A stretch of 64,000 nucleotides of DNA from Mycobacteriales bacterium. Its GTDB lineage: Bacteria; Actinomycetota; Actinomycetes; Mycobacteriales; CAJCIY01. The DNA lies in the NCBI GenBank assembly GCA_036379355.1, contig DASVGV010000081.1:6923-70922 (forward strand). Direction: 5' to 3'. Each line of letters begins with the position of its first letter. The first letter of the stretch is position 1. Under the pieces are notes generated by a model that was given only the letters and a program-made list of their open reading frames with translations, had not been told where the DNA came from and did no database searches. A program made the translations under genes and the position numbers. Shown here in pieces: positions 9,086-19,250 of this stretch.

Positions 9086-11265
9086 CGGTCGGCTCCGGTC
9101 TGCTTGGCGCGCGCTCGGTGGGCATGCAGCAGCGGCTCGGTGTACCCGGACGGCTGCGCGCGACCGTGCACGATCAGGTCACGGGCGGCCCGGAACGCCT
9201 CGCCGTCGTAGTCCGGGCCCAGGGGTGTGTACGCGGGGTCGCCGGCGTTCTGCCGGTCGACGAGGTCGGCGGCCTTGCGCAGGATCGCGTCGACACGCTC
9301 CTGGTCGACGACGCCGTGGTGCAGCCAGTTCGCGATGTGCTGCGAGGAGATGCGGCAGGTGGCGCGGTCCTCCATCAGGTTGACACCGTGGATGTCCGGC
9401 ACCTTGGAACAGCCGACGCCCTGGTCGATCCAGCGCACGACGTACCCCAGGATGCCCTGCGCGTTGTTCTCGACCTCGGCGTCGATCTCCCCTGCGTCCC
9501 AGGGCCTGTCCAGGTCGACCGGGATCGTCAGCAACGTGTCCAGGTCGGCTCTCGGGCCGCCGGAGGCGATCTCGTGCTGCCGGCGGGCCACGTCGACGCG
9601 GTGGTAGTGCGTCGCGTGGAGGGTGGCGGCGGTCGGGGACGGGACCCACGCGCACGAGGCGCCCGCCGCGGGCTGCGCGCCCTTCTGCGCCAGCATGTCG
9701 TGCATCGCGTCCGGCGCCGCCCACATGCCCTTCCCGACCTGTGCCCGCCCCCGAAGTCCGCAGGCCAGGCCCACATCGACGTTCCAGTCCTCGTACGCGC
9801 CGATCCAGGGCTGGGACCGCATCGCCGCCTTGCGGACCATCGGCCCGGCCTCCATCGAGGTGTGGATCTCGTCGCCGGTGCGGTCGAGGAAGCCGGTGTT
9901 GATGAACGCGACCCGCCCCGCGGCGGCCCGGATGCACTCGGCGAGGTTGACGGTCGTACGCCTCTCCTCGTCCATGATGCCGATCTTGACCGTGTTCCGG
10001 GCCAGGCCGAGGACCTCCTCGACCACGGTGAAGGTCTCGTCGGCGAACGCCACCTCGGCGGGCCCGTGCATCTTGGGCTTGACCACGTAGACCGAACCGG
10101 CCGGCGAGTTGGCGTGCGATCCGCCGGGCCCGATGTCGACCAGCGCGCACGTGACCGTGACGAGCGCGTCCAGCAGGCCCTCCGGGATCTCCCGCCCGTC
10201 GGCGTCGAGCACCGCCGGCGTGGTCATCAGGTGACCGACGTTGCGTGCCAGCAGCAGGGCATGCGGTCGCAGCGCCACGGGGGTGCCGCCGGGACCCGCG
10301 ACCGTCCGCGGCGGGGTGAGCCGCCGGGTGAACGTGCGTCCCGCCTTGTCGACGGGGGCCGCGAGCTCGCCGGTCAGCAGCCCGAGCCACGTGCGGTAGC
10401 AGTCCACCTTGTCGGCGGCGTCGACCGCCGCGACCGAGTCCTCGAAGTCGACGATGGTGGTGACCGCCGCCTCCAGCACGACGTCGCTGACCCCGGCATC
10501 GTCGGCGGCGCCGACGTCGGTTCTCGGGTCGATGACGATCTCGATCCCCAGTCCGTGGTGGGTGAGCAGCACGCTCGACGGGGCACCGGCTTCGCCCAGA
10601 TGCCCGGTGAAGACGGCCGGATCGGCGAGCTCCGCCAAGCCGCCGGAACGCTGCCCGACCTCGAGCCGCCCGTCACGCACGCGGTACCCGGTGGCCGCCG
10701 CATGGGTCCCATGACGCAACGGCACGACGGCGTCGAGGAAGTCCCGCGTCCAGGCAACGACCTGGCCACCCCGCTCCGGGTCGTACGGTCCCGCCGGCGG
10801 CGGGCTGCCCAACGCGTCCGTGCCGTACAGCGCGTCGTACAGCGAGCCCCACCGGGCGTTGGCCGCGTTCAGCGCGTACCGCGCGTTCGACGCCGGGACC
10901 ACCAGCTGCGGCCCGGCAGTTACCGAGATCTCCGGGTCGACATCGGAGGTGTCGATCGCGAACGGCGGCCCGGGTTGTACGAGATAGCCGATCTCAGCGA
11001 GGAACGCGCGGTACGCGGCGACGTCCTGCGGTTGCCCGCCGCGCGCGCGGTGCCAGTCGTCGATCAGCGTCTGCAGGCGTTCCCGCTCGGCCAGCAGCTC
11101 GCGGTTGGGTTCGGCCAGCCGGGACACGAGCAGCGCCAGTCCGGACCAGAAGGTGTCGGGGGCGACACCAGCCGCCGGAAGTGCTTCTGCCTCGACGAAG
11201 GCGGCGAGTCGCTCGTCGACGGCGAGACCGCTCCGGGAGACGCGCCGGGGGTCGGGGCTGCTCAC
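9082..11265 (-). CDS. glcB: malate synthase G
   Basis: 727 aa, which is the malate synthase G size class, with long collinear similarity by eye ('...[26 protein letters not shown]...[14 protein letters not shown]...'). Confidence 0.93.
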   Translation of the reverse strand: MSSPDPRRVSRSGLAVDERLAAFVEAEALPAAGVAPDTFWSGLALLVSRLAEPNRELLAERERLQTLIDDWHRARGGQPQDVAAYRAFLAEIGYLVQPGPPFAIDTSDVDPEISVTAGPQLVVPASNARYALNAANARWGSLYDALYGTDALGSPPPAGPYDPERGGQVVAWTRDFLDAVVPLRHGTHAAATGYRVRDGRLEVGQRSGGLAELADPAVFTGHLGEAGAPSSVLLTHHGLGIEIVIDPRTDVGAADDAGVSDVVLEAAVTTIVDFEDSVAAVDAADKVDCYRTWLGLLTGELAAPVDKAGRTFTRRLTPPRTVAGPGGTPVALRPHALLLARNVGHLMTTPAVLDADGREIPEGLLDALVTVTCALVDIGPGGSHANSPAGSVYVVKPKMHGPAEVAFADETFTVVEEVLGLARNTVKIGIMDEERRTTVNLAECIRAAAGRVAFINTGFLDRTGDEIHTSMEAGPMVRKAAMRSQPWIGAYEDWNVDVGLACGLRGRAQVGKGMWAAPDAMHDMLAQKGAQPAAGASCAWVPSPTAATLHATHYHRVDVARRQHEIASGGPRADLDTLLTIPVDLDRPWDAGEIDAEVENNAQGILGYVVRWIDQGVGCSKVPDIHGVNLMEDRATCRISSQHIANWLHHGVVDQERVDAILRKAADLVDRQNAGDPAYTPLGPDYDGEAFRAARDLIVHGRAQPSGYTEPLLHAHRARAKQTGADR

Positions 11266-12632
11266 GCGAAGATCACTCCAGGGTTGAGGATGCCGAGCGG
11301 GTCGAGTGCCTGCTTGATGCGCTGTGAGATCTCCAGCACGTCCGGACCGACCTGGCTCTCGAGCCAGGGCCGCTTGAGGCGTCCGACACCGTGTTCCCCG
11401 GTGATGGTCCCGTCGAGGCCGATGGCGAGTTCCATGATCTCGCCGAAGGCGCGTTCCGCCTGCAGCGTCTGGTCCGCCTGCATCGGGTCGAACACGATGA
11501 GCGGGTGGGTGTTGCCGTCGCCCGCATGGGCGACGAGCGCGATGGTCACGCCTCGGTCCGCCGCAATGCGTTCGATGCCCGTGACGAGCTCGGGGAGGCG
11601 GGGAAGCGGCACGCCGACGTCCTCGAGCAGGAGCCGTCCCCGTGCCTCGAGGGCGGTGATGGCGACGCGGCGGGCATGCAGGAACTGCTCGCCCTCGGCC
11701 TCGTCGGCCGTGGCGTGGATCTCGACCGCCCCGTTCTCGCGGCAGGCGTCCCGGATCGCGTCCAGGTCCGCGGGGTTACCCGTGTCCGTGCGCGCCATCA
11801 GCATGGCCGCACAGGAACGGTCCAGCCCCATGTGCACGGCGTCCTCGACAGCGTTGACGGTGGTGCGGTCCATGTACTCGAGCATGGACGGGCGGGTACG
11901 CGCGGTGATGTCGAGCACCGCACGGACCGCGTCCTCGGTCGCCGCGAACCACGTCACGAGCGTGTGCGCCGCCGGGGCCGCGGGCAGCAGCCGGAGCGTC
12001 ACCTCGGTGATCACCCCGAGGGTTCCCTCGCTCCCGACGAACAGCTTGGTCAGGGACAGGCCGGCCACGTCCTTGAGCCGCGGGCCGCCGAGCCGGACGG
12101 CTCGCCCGTCGGCGAGGACGACCTCCAGGCCGAGGACGTAGTCGGTGGTGACGCCGTACTTCACGCAGCACAGCCCGCCGGCGTTGGTCGCGATGTTGCC
12201 CCCGATGGAGCAGATCTCCGTCGACGACGGGTCCGGCGGGTACCACAGCCCCTCCGCGGCCGCTGCCCGCTTGACCTCCGCGTTGAGCAGGCCGGGTTGG
12301 GTGACAGCGACACGGGTCGCGCGGTCGACGACGATGCGGCGCATCCGCTCGGTCGAGATCACGATGCCGTCCGCTATCCCGGAGGAACCCCCGGAGAGGC
12401 TGGTGCCGGCGCCGCGGGGGACGACCGGGACGCGGTGCGCTCCGGCCCACCGCAGCGCCTCCTGCACGTGCTGCGTGCACTCCGCGCGGACGACGGCGAG
12501 CGGGCGCTGGGCATTCGGGTCCTGGGCCCGGTCCCACCGGTAGGCGTCGAGGCCGTCCGGATCGGTGAGCACCACGCCAGCGGGGAGCGCGGCGGCCAGC
12601 GCCGCAACCGGAGCCGTCGCCTCGACCGTCAT
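11262..12632 (-). CDS. FAD-linked oxidase, glycolate oxidase GlcD-like subunit / D-lactate dehydrogenase family
   Basis: 456 aa. FAD-binding PCMH domain '[14 protein letters not shown]' and C-terminal '[13 protein letters not shown]...[10 protein letters not shown]'. 4-nt overlap with glcB. No glcE or glcF is seen. Confidence 0.88.
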   Translation of the reverse strand: MTVEATAPVAALAAALPAGVVLTDPDGLDAYRWDRAQDPNAQRPLAVVRAECTQHVQEALRWAGAHRVPVVPRGAGTSLSGGSSGIADGIVISTERMRRIVVDRATRVAVTQPGLLNAEVKRAAAAEGLWYPPDPSSTEICSIGGNIATNAGGLCCVKYGVTTDYVLGLEVVLADGRAVRLGGPRLKDVAGLSLTKLFVGSEGTLGVITEVTLRLLPAAPAAHTLVTWFAATEDAVRAVLDITARTRPSMLEYMDRTTVNAVEDAVHMGLDRSCAAMLMARTDTGNPADLDAIRDACRENGAVEIHATADEAEGEQFLHARRVAITALEARGRLLLEDVGVPLPRLPELVTGIERIAADRGVTIALVAHAGDGNTHPLIVFDPMQADQTLQAERAFGEIMELAIGLDGTITGEHGVGRLKRPWLESQVGPDVLEISQRIKQALDPLGILNPGVIFA

Positions 12633-12725
12633 GCCATCCCTGCCTCCGACCCGGCGTACCCGAGCCGGTCACCGCAGTCTGCCATCGGTGCGGTTCGCCC
12701 GGATTCAGCCGGGTAGCGCGTTCCC

Positions 12726-14669
12726 ATGGGCCAGAACGTCGCGCAGAAGCTGATCGAGCCCCACCTGGTCTCCGGGGAGATGACGCCGGGCACCGAGATC
12801 GCGCTCGCGGTGGACCAGACCCTCACGCAGGACGCCACGGGCACCATGGTGATGCTCGAGCTCGAGGCGCTCGGCCTGGACCGGGTAAGGACCGAGCTGT
12901 CGGTCCAGTACGTCGACCACAACCTGCTGCAGACCGACAGCAAGAACCCTGACGACCACCTGTTCCTGCGCTCGGCCTGCCGGCGGTTCGGCCTGTGGTT
13001 CTCCAAGCCCGGCAACGGCGTCTCGCACCCGGTGCACATGCAGCGGTTCGGCGTGCCAGGCAAGACCATGATCGGCTCGGACAGCCACACCTGTGCCGGC
13101 GGCTCGCTCGGCATGCTGGCGATCGGGGTCGGCGGCCTCGAGGTGGCGATGGCGATGGCCGGGGACCCGCTCTACCTGCAGATGCCCGAGATCTGGGGTG
13201 TCGAGCTGACGGGCTCGCTGCCGCCGTGGGTGTCCGCCAAGGACGTGATCCTCGAGATGCTCCGTCGGCACGGTGTGAAGGGTGGCGTGAACCGGATCAT
13301 CGAGTACCACGGCGAAGGCCTGGACCATCTGACCGCCATGGACCGGCACGTCATCGCGAACATGGGCGCCGAGCTGGGGGCGACCACCACGGTGTTCCCG
13401 TCCGACGACGCCGTCCGCACGTTCCTCGCCCGCGAGGGTCGCGAGGACGACTACTCCGAGCTGGTGGCCGACCCCGACGCGACCTACGACGTCACCGACG
13501 CGATCGATCTCGGGGCGCTGGAGCCGCTCATCGCGAAGCCGTCCAGTCCCGGCAACGTGGTGCCCGTACGAGAGGTGGCCGGCGAGGACGTGTTCCAGGT
13601 GGTGGTGGGGTCGTCGGCGAACCCCGGCCTGCGCGACTTCGCGATGGTCGCCGAGATCGTGCGGGGCGCGCAGAGCAGCGACCAGGTCTCCTTCGACATC
13701 AACCCCACGTCGCGGCAGATTCTCGAAGACCTGTCGAAGGGGGGCTGGCTGTTCGACCTGATCTCCGCCGGTGCGCGGATCCACCAGTCCGGCTGCATGG
13801 GCTGCATCGGCATGGGTCAGGCACCGGCGACCGGGCGCAACAGCCTGCGGACCATGCCGCGCAACTTCCCGGGCCGCTCGGGGTCGGACGACGACGCGGT
13901 ATGGCTCTGCTCGCCCGAGACGGCGGCCGCCGCGGCCCTGACCGGGGTGATCACCGACCCTCGCGAGCTGCCCGATCGGCTCGGCATCGACTACCCGGAT
14001 CTCGACCTGTCCGCGCCCACGCACGTCAACACCTCGATGCTCGTCGCCCCGCTGCCCCCGGAAGAGGCTGCGGGCGAGCAGCTGGTGAAGGGGCCCAACA
14101 TCGCGTCGCTGCCGGACTTCGACGCGCTGCCCGACCGGCTCGAGGCGCCGGTGGAGCTGAAGGTCGGCGACAACATCTCCACCGACGAGATCCTCCCGGC
14201 CGGGGCTCGGGTGCTGCCGCTGCGCAGCAACATCCCGGCGATCTCGCAGTTCGTGTTCACCCAGGTCGACCGCGAGTACGCCGGGCGGGTCGCCGACCAG
14301 GACGGGCCGCACGCCATCGTGGCCGGCGAGAACTACGGGCAGGGCTCGTCCCGCGAGCACGCGGCCATCGCCCCGCGCTACCTCGGCCTCCGCGTGGTGG
14401 TGGCGAAGTCGTTCGCCCGCATCCACTGGCAGAACCTCGCCAACTTCGGGATCCTCCCGCTCCGGTTCGACGACCCGGCGGACTACGACGCGCTGGAGCA
14501 GGGTGCCTCGCTCTGCCTCGGCGGGCTGCGCGAGGGGCTCGCGGTCGGCGAGCCGCTGCGCGCCACCGCGGACGGCCGCGACATCACGCTGCGGCACGAC
14601 CTGTCCGCGCGGCAGGTCGAGATGGTGCTCGCCGGCGGCCGGATCCCGATGACCGCCGCCCGTACCTGA
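12726..14669 (+). CDS. aconitase-family hydratase (about 650-aa class, catalytic plus swivel domains)
   Basis: 647 aa. Fe-S ligand motifs 'IGSDSHTCAGG' and 'SGCMGCIGMGQ', and swivel-domain 'ENYGQGSSREHAA'. Confidence 0.88.
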   Translation: MGQNVAQKLIEPHLVSGEMTPGTEIALAVDQTLTQDATGTMVMLELEALGLDRVRTELSVQYVDHNLLQTDSKNPDDHLFLRSACRRFGLWFSKPGNGVSHPVHMQRFGVPGKTMIGSDSHTCAGGSLGMLAIGVGGLEVAMAMAGDPLYLQMPEIWGVELTGSLPPWVSAKDVILEMLRRHGVKGGVNRIIEYHGEGLDHLTAMDRHVIANMGAELGATTTVFPSDDAVRTFLAREGREDDYSELVADPDATYDVTDAIDLGALEPLIAKPSSPGNVVPVREVAGEDVFQVVVGSSANPGLRDFAMVAEIVRGAQSSDQVSFDINPTSRQILEDLSKGGWLFDLISAGARIHQSGCMGCIGMGQAPATGRNSLRTMPRNFPGRSGSDDDAVWLCSPETAAAAALTGVITDPRELPDRLGIDYPDLDLSAPTHVNTSMLVAPLPPEEAAGEQLVKGPNIASLPDFDALPDRLEAPVELKVGDNISTDEILPAGARVLPLRSNIPAISQFVFTQVDREYAGRVADQDGPHAIVAGENYGQGSSREHAAIAPRYLGLRVVVAKSFARIHWQNLANFGILPLRFDDPADYDALEQGASLCLGGLREGLAVGEPLRATADGRDITLRHDLSARQVEMVLAGGRIPMTAART

Positions 14670-14720
14670 CGCCGTCCGGACCGTCTCGTCCCGGGTGCGG
14701 CACACGGTCACAATGGCGGC

Positions 14721-17183
14721 GTGAGCGTCGCCGCCGTCCCCACACCGAGAGACGGCGGCCGCGTGCCGTTGCTGTCGGTGCAGGGGCTGGACGCCCACTA
14801 CGGGCCGCGGCAGGTGCTGGCGGGCGTCGACCTGGATGTGTACGCCGGCGAGATCGTCGCGCTCGCCGGGGAGAACGGGGCAGGCAAGTCGACGCTCGTG
14901 CGGTGCATTGCCGGCGACCTGGCGCCGGCGTCGGGAAGCATCCTTCTCGACGGTGAGCGAATCCGCTTGGGACGCACGGCGATCGCTCGCCGGGGAGTAG
15001 CGGTCGTCTGGCAGGACCTGGCGCTGTGCGAGAACCTCGATGTGGCGGCCAACCTGTTGCTCGGACGCGAGCGCCCGCGCCTGCTGCTGTCCGACGCACG
15101 GTTCCACGCGGCGGCCGCCGCGTTGCTGCAGTCGCTGGACATTCCGATCACGGACACGGCTCGGCCCGTCGCGGCCCTGTCGGGTGGGCAGCGCCAGCTC
15201 GTCGCGGTGGCACGGGCGATGCGGGACCGGCCACGACTGCTGATCCTCGACGAACCCACCGCGTCCTTGGGCGTCGTGGAGTCCAGACAGGTCGAACGGC
15301 TCATCCGCAGGCTGCGTTACGAGGGAACGACGATCGTGCTCGTCTCGCACGACATCGACCAGATGTTCCGCCTGTCCGACCGCATCAGCGTGCTCCGGCA
15401 CGGGCGGCTGGTCGCGGACGAGCAGACGGCCCTGCGGCATCCGGACGAGATCGTGGCCTTGATGTCGGGCCAGCCCGTCGACTCCTCCCCGCGCCGCCAG
15501 CTGGACCGGCTGCACAGCCTCGTCGGAGAGCTCACGTCGACGGCGCCGTCGTCCAGCCTGCCCGTGATCTTGTCGGCGCTCGGGACGGCGCTCGCCGCCG
15601 ACAACCTGTGCATCCACCTGCTCGACGGCGACCGGTTGCGGCTGACCGCGGCGGTGGGCATGCCGGCGCAGCTGATGGCGGCCTGGCGGGACCTGCCGAG
15701 CGGCCTGGCCGGCGGGCCGGTAGGAGCGGCCGCGGAGCGTGACGCGACGGTCATCGACCACGACGTACGGTCCGCCCAGACGTGGGCCCCCTTCCGCGCC
15801 ATCGCCGAGGATGCCGGGATCCGCAGCTCGTGGGCCGTACCGGTCACCGGAAGCGGGGGGCTCGTCGGGGTGATCACCGTGTTCCGGCGCAACCTGGGCA
15901 CCCCGCACCGCGACGAGCTCGCGCTCGTGACCCTCTATGCCGGGTACGCCGCGAGCACGGCCGAACGCGACGGGCTGCTCGGTGAGGTCACCGCACGCAA
16001 CCGGGTGCTGGAGACGATCCGCGTCGTGCTCGAGCAGCTGGCGGTGTCCGTGCCGCTGTCGGCCGGGCTCGATGTGGCGATCGACACCCTCCGCGGTGGG
16101 CTCGCCGCCGAGGAGGTCGCACTGATCTCCCGGTCGGGCGGTGACCCGCGGTGCCGCGGCTGGTCGGGCGCCAGCCCGGACGGCGTGCGACCCAGCCGTT
16201 CGGTGCTGGCCGCATGCCAGGCCGACGCGGCGCGGCCGTCGGCGGAAGCCGTTCGGGCGGTACGCACCCCGTCGCACCGGGCGCTGGTCGCGGACGTCCC
16301 GGCCCCGGGCGGGCCGCTCGCGCTGGTCGCGGTCTGGCCGCACGACCCCGTACCGGAGGGGGACGGGGCGCCGCCGGACGCGCACGCCCTCCTCGAGGAC
16401 GCCGCGCGTTCCCTGCAGCTCGCGCTCGAACGAGAGACGTCCGAACGTGCCCATCGCGAAGCGGCAGCGCTGCGCCGTTCCCAGGACCTTCAGCGCGACT
16501 TCCTCTCCCGCCTCAGTCACGAGCTGCGCACGCCGCTGACCGCGATCCATGGGTACGCGGACACGCTGTTGCAGTCGGACGTCATCTGGGACCCCGAGTC
16601 GCAGCGGCGTTTCCTGGAGCGGATCACGGCCGAGTCGGCGCGGCTCGGCCGGCTGGTCGGCGATCTGCTGGACCTGTCCGCGATCGACTCCGACACCCTG
16701 CGCCTGCAACGAGACTGGTGCGACGTGGCCCTGGTCGTCGACGCCGCCCGGGCCTGCCTGCCCATGGGCAGCCTCGGCCGGGTCCACGTCCGGTGTGCCG
16801 AGCTGCCTGCAGTCTGGGCCGACCACGATCGCCTCGAGCAGGTGCTGGTGAACCTGATGGACAACGCGATCCGGCACAACCCCGGCGGGACCACCGTCCG
16901 TGTCGCGGCGTCGGCGACAGATCGCGGAGCGGTCAGGATCACGGTGACGGACGATGGGGTGGGCCTGCCGGAAGGGATCGACGGCCCCGACGGGGGACGA
17001 CTGCGCGGCCCCACCTCCGGCGCGGGCCTCGGGCTCTCCATCTGCCGGGCGATCGTGGTCGCCCACGGCGGCAGCTTGCGTGCCCGACGGCGCGCGCACG
17101 GGACGTGCTGGGAGATCTGCCTGCCGGTCAACGGCCGCGCGGACGAGGCGAGTGCGGCGAACGGGACCGTCGACAGTGGCTGA
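14721..17183 (+). CDS. soluble hybrid protein: ABC-transporter ATPase domain + two GAF-like regions + HisKA/HATPase_c histidine kinase
   Basis: 820 aa with no hydrophobic segments. The ABC domain has Walker A 'GENGAGKST' (nt 14868-14894), Q-loop 'VVWQDLAL', signature 'LSGGQRQ', Walker B 'LLILDEPT' and H-loop 'VLVSHD'. Then come GAF-like 'SSWAVPVTGSGGLVGVITVF', H-box 'RLSHELRTPLTAIHGY' (His codon 16518-16520), 'NLMDNAIRHN', 'DDGVGLP' and 'GAGLGLSICRAIV'. An alternative start is GTG 14763. Confidence 0.85.
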   Translation: MSVAAVPTPRDGGRVPLLSVQGLDAHYGPRQVLAGVDLDVYAGEIVALAGENGAGKSTLVRCIAGDLAPASGSILLDGERIRLGRTAIARRGVAVVWQDLALCENLDVAANLLLGRERPRLLLSDARFHAAAAALLQSLDIPITDTARPVAALSGGQRQLVAVARAMRDRPRLLILDEPTASLGVVESRQVERLIRRLRYEGTTIVLVSHDIDQMFRLSDRISVLRHGRLVADEQTALRHPDEIVALMSGQPVDSSPRRQLDRLHSLVGELTSTAPSSSLPVILSALGTALAADNLCIHLLDGDRLRLTAAVGMPAQLMAAWRDLPSGLAGGPVGAAAERDATVIDHDVRSAQTWAPFRAIAEDAGIRSSWAVPVTGSGGLVGVITVFRRNLGTPHRDELALVTLYAGYAASTAERDGLLGEVTARNRVLETIRVVLEQLAVSVPLSAGLDVAIDTLRGGLAAEEVALISRSGGDPRCRGWSGASPDGVRPSRSVLAACQADAARPSAEAVRAVRTPSHRALVADVPAPGGPLALVAVWPHDPVPEGDGAPPDAHALLEDAARSLQLALERETSERAHREAAALRRSQDLQRDFLSRLSHELRTPLTAIHGYADTLLQSDVIWDPESQRRFLERITAESARLGRLVGDLLDLSAIDSDTLRLQRDWCDVALVVDAARACLPMGSLGRVHVRCAELPAVWADHDRLEQVLVNLMDNAIRHNPGGTTVRVAASATDRGAVRITVTDDGVGLPEGIDGPDGGRLRGPTSGAGLGLSICRAIVVAHGGSLRARRRAHGTCWEICLPVNGRADEASAANGTVDSG

Positions 17184-17871
17184 CCAGACGCGGGTCCTGC
17201 TGGTCGAGGACGACCCCAACATCGTCGACCTCATCCGTGCGAACCTCGCCGTCCGCGGCTTCGACACGGTGGTCTCGACCGATGGTGTCCGGGCCCTCGC
17301 CCTGCTCGAGTCCGCGCGGCCGGACCTGGTGCTGCTCGACCTGATGCTCCCCGGCGTGGACGGGATGGAGCTGTGCCGTCAGATGCGGGAGCGCTCGTCG
17401 GTCGGGATCATCGTCGTGTCGGCGCGCCGGGCCGAGCACGACAAAGTCAGCGCCCTGCACGTCGGCGCCGACGACTACATGACCAAGCCGTTCAGCATCG
17501 AGGAGCTGCTCGCACGGATCGCGGCGACACTGCGTCGCAGCCGTCCGGTCACCTCACCCGAACCGCCCGCGTCCGTGGTCGTCGTCGGCGACGTCGAGAT
17601 CGACCTGGCCCGGCGGCGGGTGCTGCGCGGCGGGCAGGACGTGCACCTCACGCCGACCGAGTTCGCGCTGCTGCGCGAGCTGGCGGTCGACCGGGGCAGC
17701 CTGCTCAGCCATGCCGACCTGCTTCGCCGTGTGTGGGGTGTCGGCTACCAGACCGAGACCGAGTACGTCCGCGTCTACGTTCGGCGGCTGCGCGCCAAGC
17801 TCGAGGTCGACGGGGCGCCGCCGCTGATCATCACCCACCCGCGGGCGGGCTACCGCCTCGCGGCCGAATGA
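17176..17871 (+). CDS. OmpR-family response regulator
   Basis: This is the 3' part of ORF 16954..17871. GTG 17176 overlaps the kinase stop (17181-17183) by 8 nt. Motifs are 'RVLLVEDDPNIVDL...DLVLLDLMLPGVDG...HVGADDYMTKPF' plus winged helix 'EYVRVYVRRLRAKLE...GYRL'. Confidence 0.9.
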   Translation: MADQTRVLLVEDDPNIVDLIRANLAVRGFDTVVSTDGVRALALLESARPDLVLLDLMLPGVDGMELCRQMRERSSVGIIVVSARRAEHDKVSALHVGADDYMTKPFSIEELLARIAATLRRSRPVTSPEPPASVVVVGDVEIDLARRRVLRGGQDVHLTPTEFALLRELAVDRGSLLSHADLLRRVWGVGYQTETEYVRVYVRRLRAKLEVDGAPPLIITHPRAGYRLAAE

Positions 17872-17892
17872 GGCCGCGCGGACTCGTACCGC

Positions 17893-17931
17893 GTTTACGG
17901 ATTGTTTCTCCCGGCGGCCCGATGTTTACGG
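17893..17931 (+). promoter_or_regulatory. direct repeats GTTTACGG (17893-17900), GTTTCTC (17904-17910), GTTTACGG (17924-17931) upstream of the sugar ABC operon
   Basis: Read directly in the relatively AT-rich 165-nt leader between the regulator stop and the SBP start. The spacings are 11 and 20 nt, in phase with the helix and typical of OmpR-type tandem sites. A weak hairpin, CGCGG-N7-CCGCG (17877-17893), immediately precedes the repeats. Confidence 0.35.
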
Positions 17932-18036
17932 GGCGTTCATGGGCCGCGGTCGTACGGTCCGCGTGCAGCCCTGCTGCGCCGGCTCGACGGCGTTCGACCT
18001 CGGCCGGTCCGGACAGACCGTATCCAGGAGGAACCC

Positions 18037-19248
18037 GTGGTTCTGACCAACAAGCGTGTGGCCATGTCGGCCGCGGCGTTGCTCGCCGCCGGGCTCGCCG
18101 TGACCGCCTGCGGCAGCAGCTCGTCCAGCTCCAAGACGAAGCCCAGCAGCGGCGGCTCGTCGTCGACGGCCTCGGCACCCGCCCTGTCGGCAACCTCGTT
18201 CACGCGCGACTTCTCGGCGATGGCCCAGCTCAAGTCGATCGCCGCCGCGGGCAAGGGTTCGGTCGGCATCATCCTGCCGGACACGACGTCCTCGGCTCGG
18301 TACGCCGAATTCGACGCGCCCTACCTCACGAAGGCCTTCGAGGCAGCCGGTCTGAGCTCTTCTCAGGTCAGCGTGAAGAACGCACAGGGCAGCGACAACA
18401 CGTTCGTCACCGACGCTCAGGCCGACATCACGAACGGCGCGTCGGTCCTGCTCATCGACCCGGAGGACGCGGGCACCGGAGCGCGGGTTCAGCAGTACGC
18501 CGCGCAGCACGGCGTGACGGTCATCGACTACGACCGCATCACCCAGGGCAAGTACTACATCTCCTTCGACAACGTCCAGGTCGGCAAGCTCATCGGTCAG
18601 GGCTTCGCCAGCTGCGTCACCGACTGGGGCGTGAAGTCCCCGGTCCTGATCAAGATGGTCGGTGACCCGACGGACAACAACGCCACCCTGTTCGCGCAGG
18701 GCTACGACTCGGTGATCTCCGCGAACCCGTCGTGGAAGGTCGCCGCCTCACCCGCCGGGACATGGACGCCGTCGGTGGCCCTCACCGAGTTCCAGCAGGC
18801 GTACACCGCGCACCCGGACGTGAACTCCGCGATCATCCCGAACGACGAGAACGCGGCGCCGATCATCAGCTACCTGAAGAACCGCGGCATCAAGCCGAAG
18901 ACGTTCCCGATCACCGGCCAGGACGCCACGCTCGTCGGCCTGCAGAACATCCTGTCCGGCTACCAGTGCGGCACCGCGTACAAGCCGATCTACCTGGAGG
19001 CGCAGGCGGCCGCCGCCGTCGCGCTGTACGCGCGAGCCGGGCAGCAGCCGCCGGCAGCGTTGCTGAACGGGTCGACGGCCAACCCCAACGACAACAACAA
19101 CCAGATGCCCTCGGTGCTGCTGACGCCCGAGTGGGTCACGACGAAGAACATGAACGACACGGTCATCAAGGACCAGTTCGTTCCTGCCAGCCAGCTCTGC
19201 ACGGCGGCCTACGCTGCGGCATGCACGGCAGCGGGGATCAGCAGCTGA
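18037..19248 (+). CDS. sugar ABC transporter substrate-binding lipoprotein (CUT2/XylF-RbsB type)
   Basis: This is the 3' part of ORF 17902..19248. GTG 18037 lies after AGGAGG (18026-18031). It has a lipobox 'LAVTAC' and a Ser-rich linker. The periplasmic-binding fold is indicated by 'GSVGIILPDTTSSARY...VLLIDPED...VTVIDYDR'. Confidence 0.88.
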   Translation: MVLTNKRVAMSAAALLAAGLAVTACGSSSSSSKTKPSSGGSSSTASAPALSATSFTRDFSAMAQLKSIAAAGKGSVGIILPDTTSSARYAEFDAPYLTKAFEAAGLSSSQVSVKNAQGSDNTFVTDAQADITNGASVLLIDPEDAGTGARVQQYAAQHGVTVIDYDRITQGKYYISFDNVQVGKLIGQGFASCVTDWGVKSPVLIKMVGDPTDNNATLFAQGYDSVISANPSWKVAASPAGTWTPSVALTEFQQAYTAHPDVNSAIIPNDENAAPIISYLKNRGIKPKTFPITGQDATLVGLQNILSGYQCGTAYKPIYLEAQAAAAVALYARAGQQPPAALLNGSTANPNDNNNQMPSVLLTPEWVTTKNMNDTVIKDQFVPASQLCTAAYAAACTAAGISS

Positions 19249-19250
19249 GG

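Noticed and set aside
12705-17267. 1520-aa minus-strand ORF spanning the aconitase and ABC-kinase genes.
   Set aside because: It has no recognisable motifs, is extremely rich in Arg/Gly/Pro/Val, and is antisense to two genes with clear catalytic motifs.
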